Below, one piece after another: positions 17,393-20,000 of a stretch of DNA of 20,000 bases. A program made the position numbers and the translations under genes. The stretch lies in sequence record SRR2962707_3801. One strand, given 5' to 3'. The notes beneath the pieces are model-generated. The model saw nothing but the letters and a program-made list of their open reading frames with translations. It ran no database searches and was not told the DNA's origin. How positions within the stretch are numbered: position 1 is the stretch's first letter; each line of letters begins with the position of its first letter.

Positions 17393-17421
17393 TTAGATGA
17401 TAAATCTGATGAAAGGTTTAA
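17393..17421 (-). promoter_or_regulatory. Putative ECF sigma-factor promoter (TAAACC-N15-CATCT)
   Basis: The minus strand reads TTAAACCTTTCATCAGATTTATCATCTAA 18 nt upstream of the ATG, resembling ECF -35 AAC / -10 CGTC elements. This fits an envelope-stress gene. Confidence 0.45.
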
Positions 17422-17436
17422 TAGAGACAGAATTCT

Positions 17437-18210
17437 TTATTCAAACCTCAAATGTTTCACAGACTCACCCGAGCTGCTGAGTTCCATCAATGAGTCAATA
17501 CCGATATCCAGATGGTTTTTAACAAATTCAGCAGTCACTTTTTGATCGCTTTTTGAGGTTTTTACTCCTTCTGGAGTCATCGGGTTATCAGAGACAAGTA
17601 GTAGTGCACCCCTCGGTATTTTGTTGGCAAAACCCACAGTAAAGAGTGTTGCAGTCTCCATATCTATAGCAGATGCCCTAATTTCTTTCAAGTAGCTTTT
17701 AAAATCCTCGTCGTGCTCCCATACTCTTCTATTGGTGGTGAAAACGGTTCCGGTCCAGTAGTCAAATCCTTTTGCTTTGATTGCGTGAGAAACCGATCGT
17801 TGTAGTCGGAAGGAAGGGAGCGCAGGTATTTCAGGTGGCATATAATCATCGGACGCACCTTCACCTCTTATTGCTGCAATGGGTAGAATGAGGTCACCCA
17901 GTTTATTCTCACTTTTTAGTCCGCCACATTTACCAAGAAACAGAACAGCTTTAGGCATTATAGCTGACAGAAGGTCCATTACGGTGGCCGCCATCGCACT
18001 CCCCATTCCAAAATTAATGATGGTTATATCATCATGAGTTGCTGTTTGCATGGCTCTGGTGTTACCCTTGATCTTCACATTGAATTTCTCCGCGAAGAGG
18101 TCTACATAATTTTGAAAGTTGGTGAGCAGGATATATTTCCCGAATTCATCCAGTTCGGTACCTGTGTATCTGGGCAACCAGTCGTCTACAATTTCATCTT
18201 TTGTTTTCAT
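17437..18210 (-). CDS. amn: AMP nucleosidase (short Bacteroidota/Chlamydia type, PNP/UDP family)
   Basis: MKTKDEIVDDWLPRYTG, ILLTNF, NFGMGS, FLGKCGGL, TTNRRVWE, DMETAT and C-terminal VKHLRFE. Confidence 0.92.
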   Translation of the reverse strand: MKTKDEIVDDWLPRYTGTELDEFGKYILLTNFQNYVDLFAEKFNVKIKGNTRAMQTATHDDITIINFGMGSAMAATVMDLLSAIMPKAVLFLGKCGGLKSENKLGDLILPIAAIRGEGASDDYMPPEIPALPSFRLQRSVSHAIKAKGFDYWTGTVFTTNRRVWEHDEDFKSYLKEIRASAIDMETATLFTVGFANKIPRGALLLVSDNPMTPEGVKTSKSDQKVTAEFVKNHLDIGIDSLMELSSSGESVKHLRFE

Positions 18211-18216
18211 AAAGTG

Positions 18217-18224
18217 CAAAGGTA
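18217..18224 (-). promoter_or_regulatory. Bacteroidota sigma70 -7 element (TACCTTTG) of amn
   Basis: Exact TAnnTTTG match 6 nt upstream of ATG 18210. Confidence 0.7.
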
Positions 18225-18359
18225 GATGAACCGGCTATTTGAGCCGGGCGAAATTGGCAGGAATTATAAGAAGGTTGTCAGGAATATGAAATATGGAATT
18301 TTCACCTTTGAAAAAAAAATAATCTATCTTAGAAATAAATAACCACTTTCTCTAACCTT

Positions 18360-20000
18360 ATGTCCGACCTTAGTTATACCAAAAATGTATCGTTTAGAAC
18401 GAAGCATTTTTATCTGTTTGTTTCAATTCTTTTTTTAATCAGTCTTAATACTAACGCTCAAGTAGCGATTAATGCTAGCGATTACTATCCTAATAGCACT
18501 GTTCAGGCAATTGCTGAGGATGATAGTTACATATACATAGGAGGCCAGTTTACGGAATTGTCCGATGGAACAAACACTAGTAATCTGTCTTATCTGGTAA
18601 GGTATGATAAGAATGACTATTCATTAGACGAATCCTGGGATCTTCAATTGGATAACCACGTATACGCCCTGGAAGTAGACGGAGACTACCTGTACATAGG
18701 AGGTCAGTTTACCACCATTCTTGGCTCTGCCAGAAGCAGCCTTGCAAAAATTAATAAATCAGGAGCCTCACCCATATTGGAAAGTTGGGATCCATCACCT
18801 GATGCTCCGGTACGAGCATTGGAATTAGGGAATAATTCAATTTACGTTGGGGGAAATTATGCCAACATTAGCTCTACGGCCAGAAACTGCCTCACAAAAT
18901 TCGATACATCAACCGGCAATTTAGATGGGAGTTTTAGTCCTAGCGTTACTACGTATATCCCATATAATAATACTACTGTGCCAGGCAAAATTCTCACCAT
19001 GATTTATGATGAAAGTGTTGATTCCTTGTACATTGGGGGTGCTTTTGATCATGTTGGAGCTACGGGTGTAAATGAGTTAGCTAAACTTAACGGAAGCGAT
19101 GGAGCTGTAAGTTCAGGTTGGTTCCCTAATCCCAATAATGAAGTGAGCGATATGGAGCTGGTTGGAGATTCGCTATTCATTGGAGGAAGATTTACTTCTG
19201 CTGGTGGACAGTCCAGGCGAAGCATTGCAAAAATCCATGCATCTGGAACTGGAGCAGCAGATGCCAATTGGGATCCCAATCCACCTCGAAATAATTTTGT
19301 ATTTGCATTATCAATGTATGACGGAGACCTGTATGCAGGAGGTGGATTTAATTCAATAGGTGGAGAGTCGATTGTCCGTTTGGCGAAATTGAGTACAACA
19401 GGAGCCGGAGTGGCAGATGCCACCTGGGCTGTAGATAATGGAGGTAGTTTCAATTGCATGTTGCTGAGTGGAGATCATCTTTTTGTTGGCGGAAACTTCA
19501 CTAGCCTGGATGGCCAATCGAGTATTCAGCGTTTTGGAGTGGTTTATATAAAGCCTCAGGAAATTGATTTACTAGGAAATGGTAATTCCATAACCAATGG
19601 AGATGACTCTCCAAATGAAGGTGATGATACTGACTTTGGTGCTGTAACAATCGGATCTCCATCAACTCATACGTTTACCATAGCAAATGAGGGCTCCAGG
19701 TCTCTTGATATAACTGACATACAAATTGCAGGAACAGATGCATCTGATTTTTCAGTCAGTAATATCACCTTACCTACATCTGTGTCGGCATTAGCAAACA
19801 CAACGTTTGATATAACCTATGATCCGTCTAGCTCAGGTACGAGTTCAGCCACACTGCAAATTTCCAGCTCTGATGAAGATGAGGGTACTTATGCATTTAT
19901 CATTACCGGTACCGCCCAAACACCGGCAGAAATAAATATCCAGGGGGAAAACGTGGATATAGTCAGTGGAGATGAAACTCCTTCATTAGATGACGGGACA
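18360..20000 (+). CDS. Large secreted/surface protein (partial, runs off the window): 7-bladed beta-propeller plus choice-of-anchor D Ig-like repeats
   Basis: Manually translated, open for 547 codons from ATG 18360. Signal peptide ...LFLISLNTNA-Q, seven (L/I)(Y/F)(I/V/A)GG.(F/Y) repeats, then PQEIDLLGNGNSITNGDDSP...DTDFG...HTFTIANEG...SSDEDEGTYAFIITG and the start of a second copy (PAEINIQGENVDIVSGDETP). Confidence 0.9.
   Translation, partial: MSDLSYTKNVSFRTKHFYLFVSILFLISLNTNAQVAINASDYYPNSTVQAIAEDDSYIYIGGQFTELSDGTNTSNLSYLVRYDKNDYSLDESWDLQLDNHVYALEVDGDYLYIGGQFTTILGSARSSLAKINKSGASPILESWDPSPDAPVRALELGNNSIYVGGNYANISSTARNCLTKFDTSTGNLDGSFSPSVTTYIPYNNTTVPGKILTMIYDESVDSLYIGGAFDHVGATGVNELAKLNGSDGAVSSGWFPNPNNEVSDMELVGDSLFIGGRFTSAGGQSRRSIAKIHASGTGAADANWDPNPPRNNFVFALSMYDGDLYAGGGFNSIGGESIVRLAKLSTTGAGVADATWAVDNGGSFNCMLLSGDHLFVGGNFTSLDGQSSIQRFGVVYIKPQEIDLLGNGNSITNGDDSPNEGDDTDFGAVTIGSPSTHTFTIANEGSRSLDITDIQIAGTDASDFSVSNITLPTSVSALANTTFDITYDPSSSGTSSATLQISSSDEDEGTYAFIITGTAQTPAEINIQGENVDIVSGDETPSLDDGT

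Noticed and set aside
19049..19459. ORF-track entries 19049..19459 (-) and 19162..19359 (+)
   Set aside because: They are antisense or out-of-frame shadows of the long plus-strand CDS starting at 18360.

Overview
AT-rich bacterial chromosomal DNA that looks like Bacteroidota, probably Cytophagales. This is inferred from TAnnTTTG -7 promoter motifs, the absence of Shine-Dalgarno sequences, the DUF2490 and DUF2911 genes and a signal peptide cleaved before Gln. Left: the 3' end of a PadR-like regulator coupled to a MacB/FtsX-type ABC permease, then an HD hydrolase and a DUF2911 protein. Centre (minus strand, 3927-13165): a small signal-peptide ORF, an HAE1-type RND tripartite pump (MFP, RND, OMF), a 4-TM protein, two tandem helical paralogs and a DUF2490 outer-membrane barrel. 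Right: a nitroreductase coupled to a group II PLP decarboxylase, divergent from an SDR and a DUF72 gene, then a Spy/CpxP-like protein and AMP nucleosidase. The window ends in the 5' part of a large secreted protein (7-bladed beta-propeller plus choice-of-anchor D repeats) that is missing from the ORF track. No mobile element, CRISPR array, rRNA or tRNA was seen. The best candidate for an undescribed system is the extended RND locus with its putative leader peptide and structured intergenic RNA. All family assignments are from motif recognition, not database searches.
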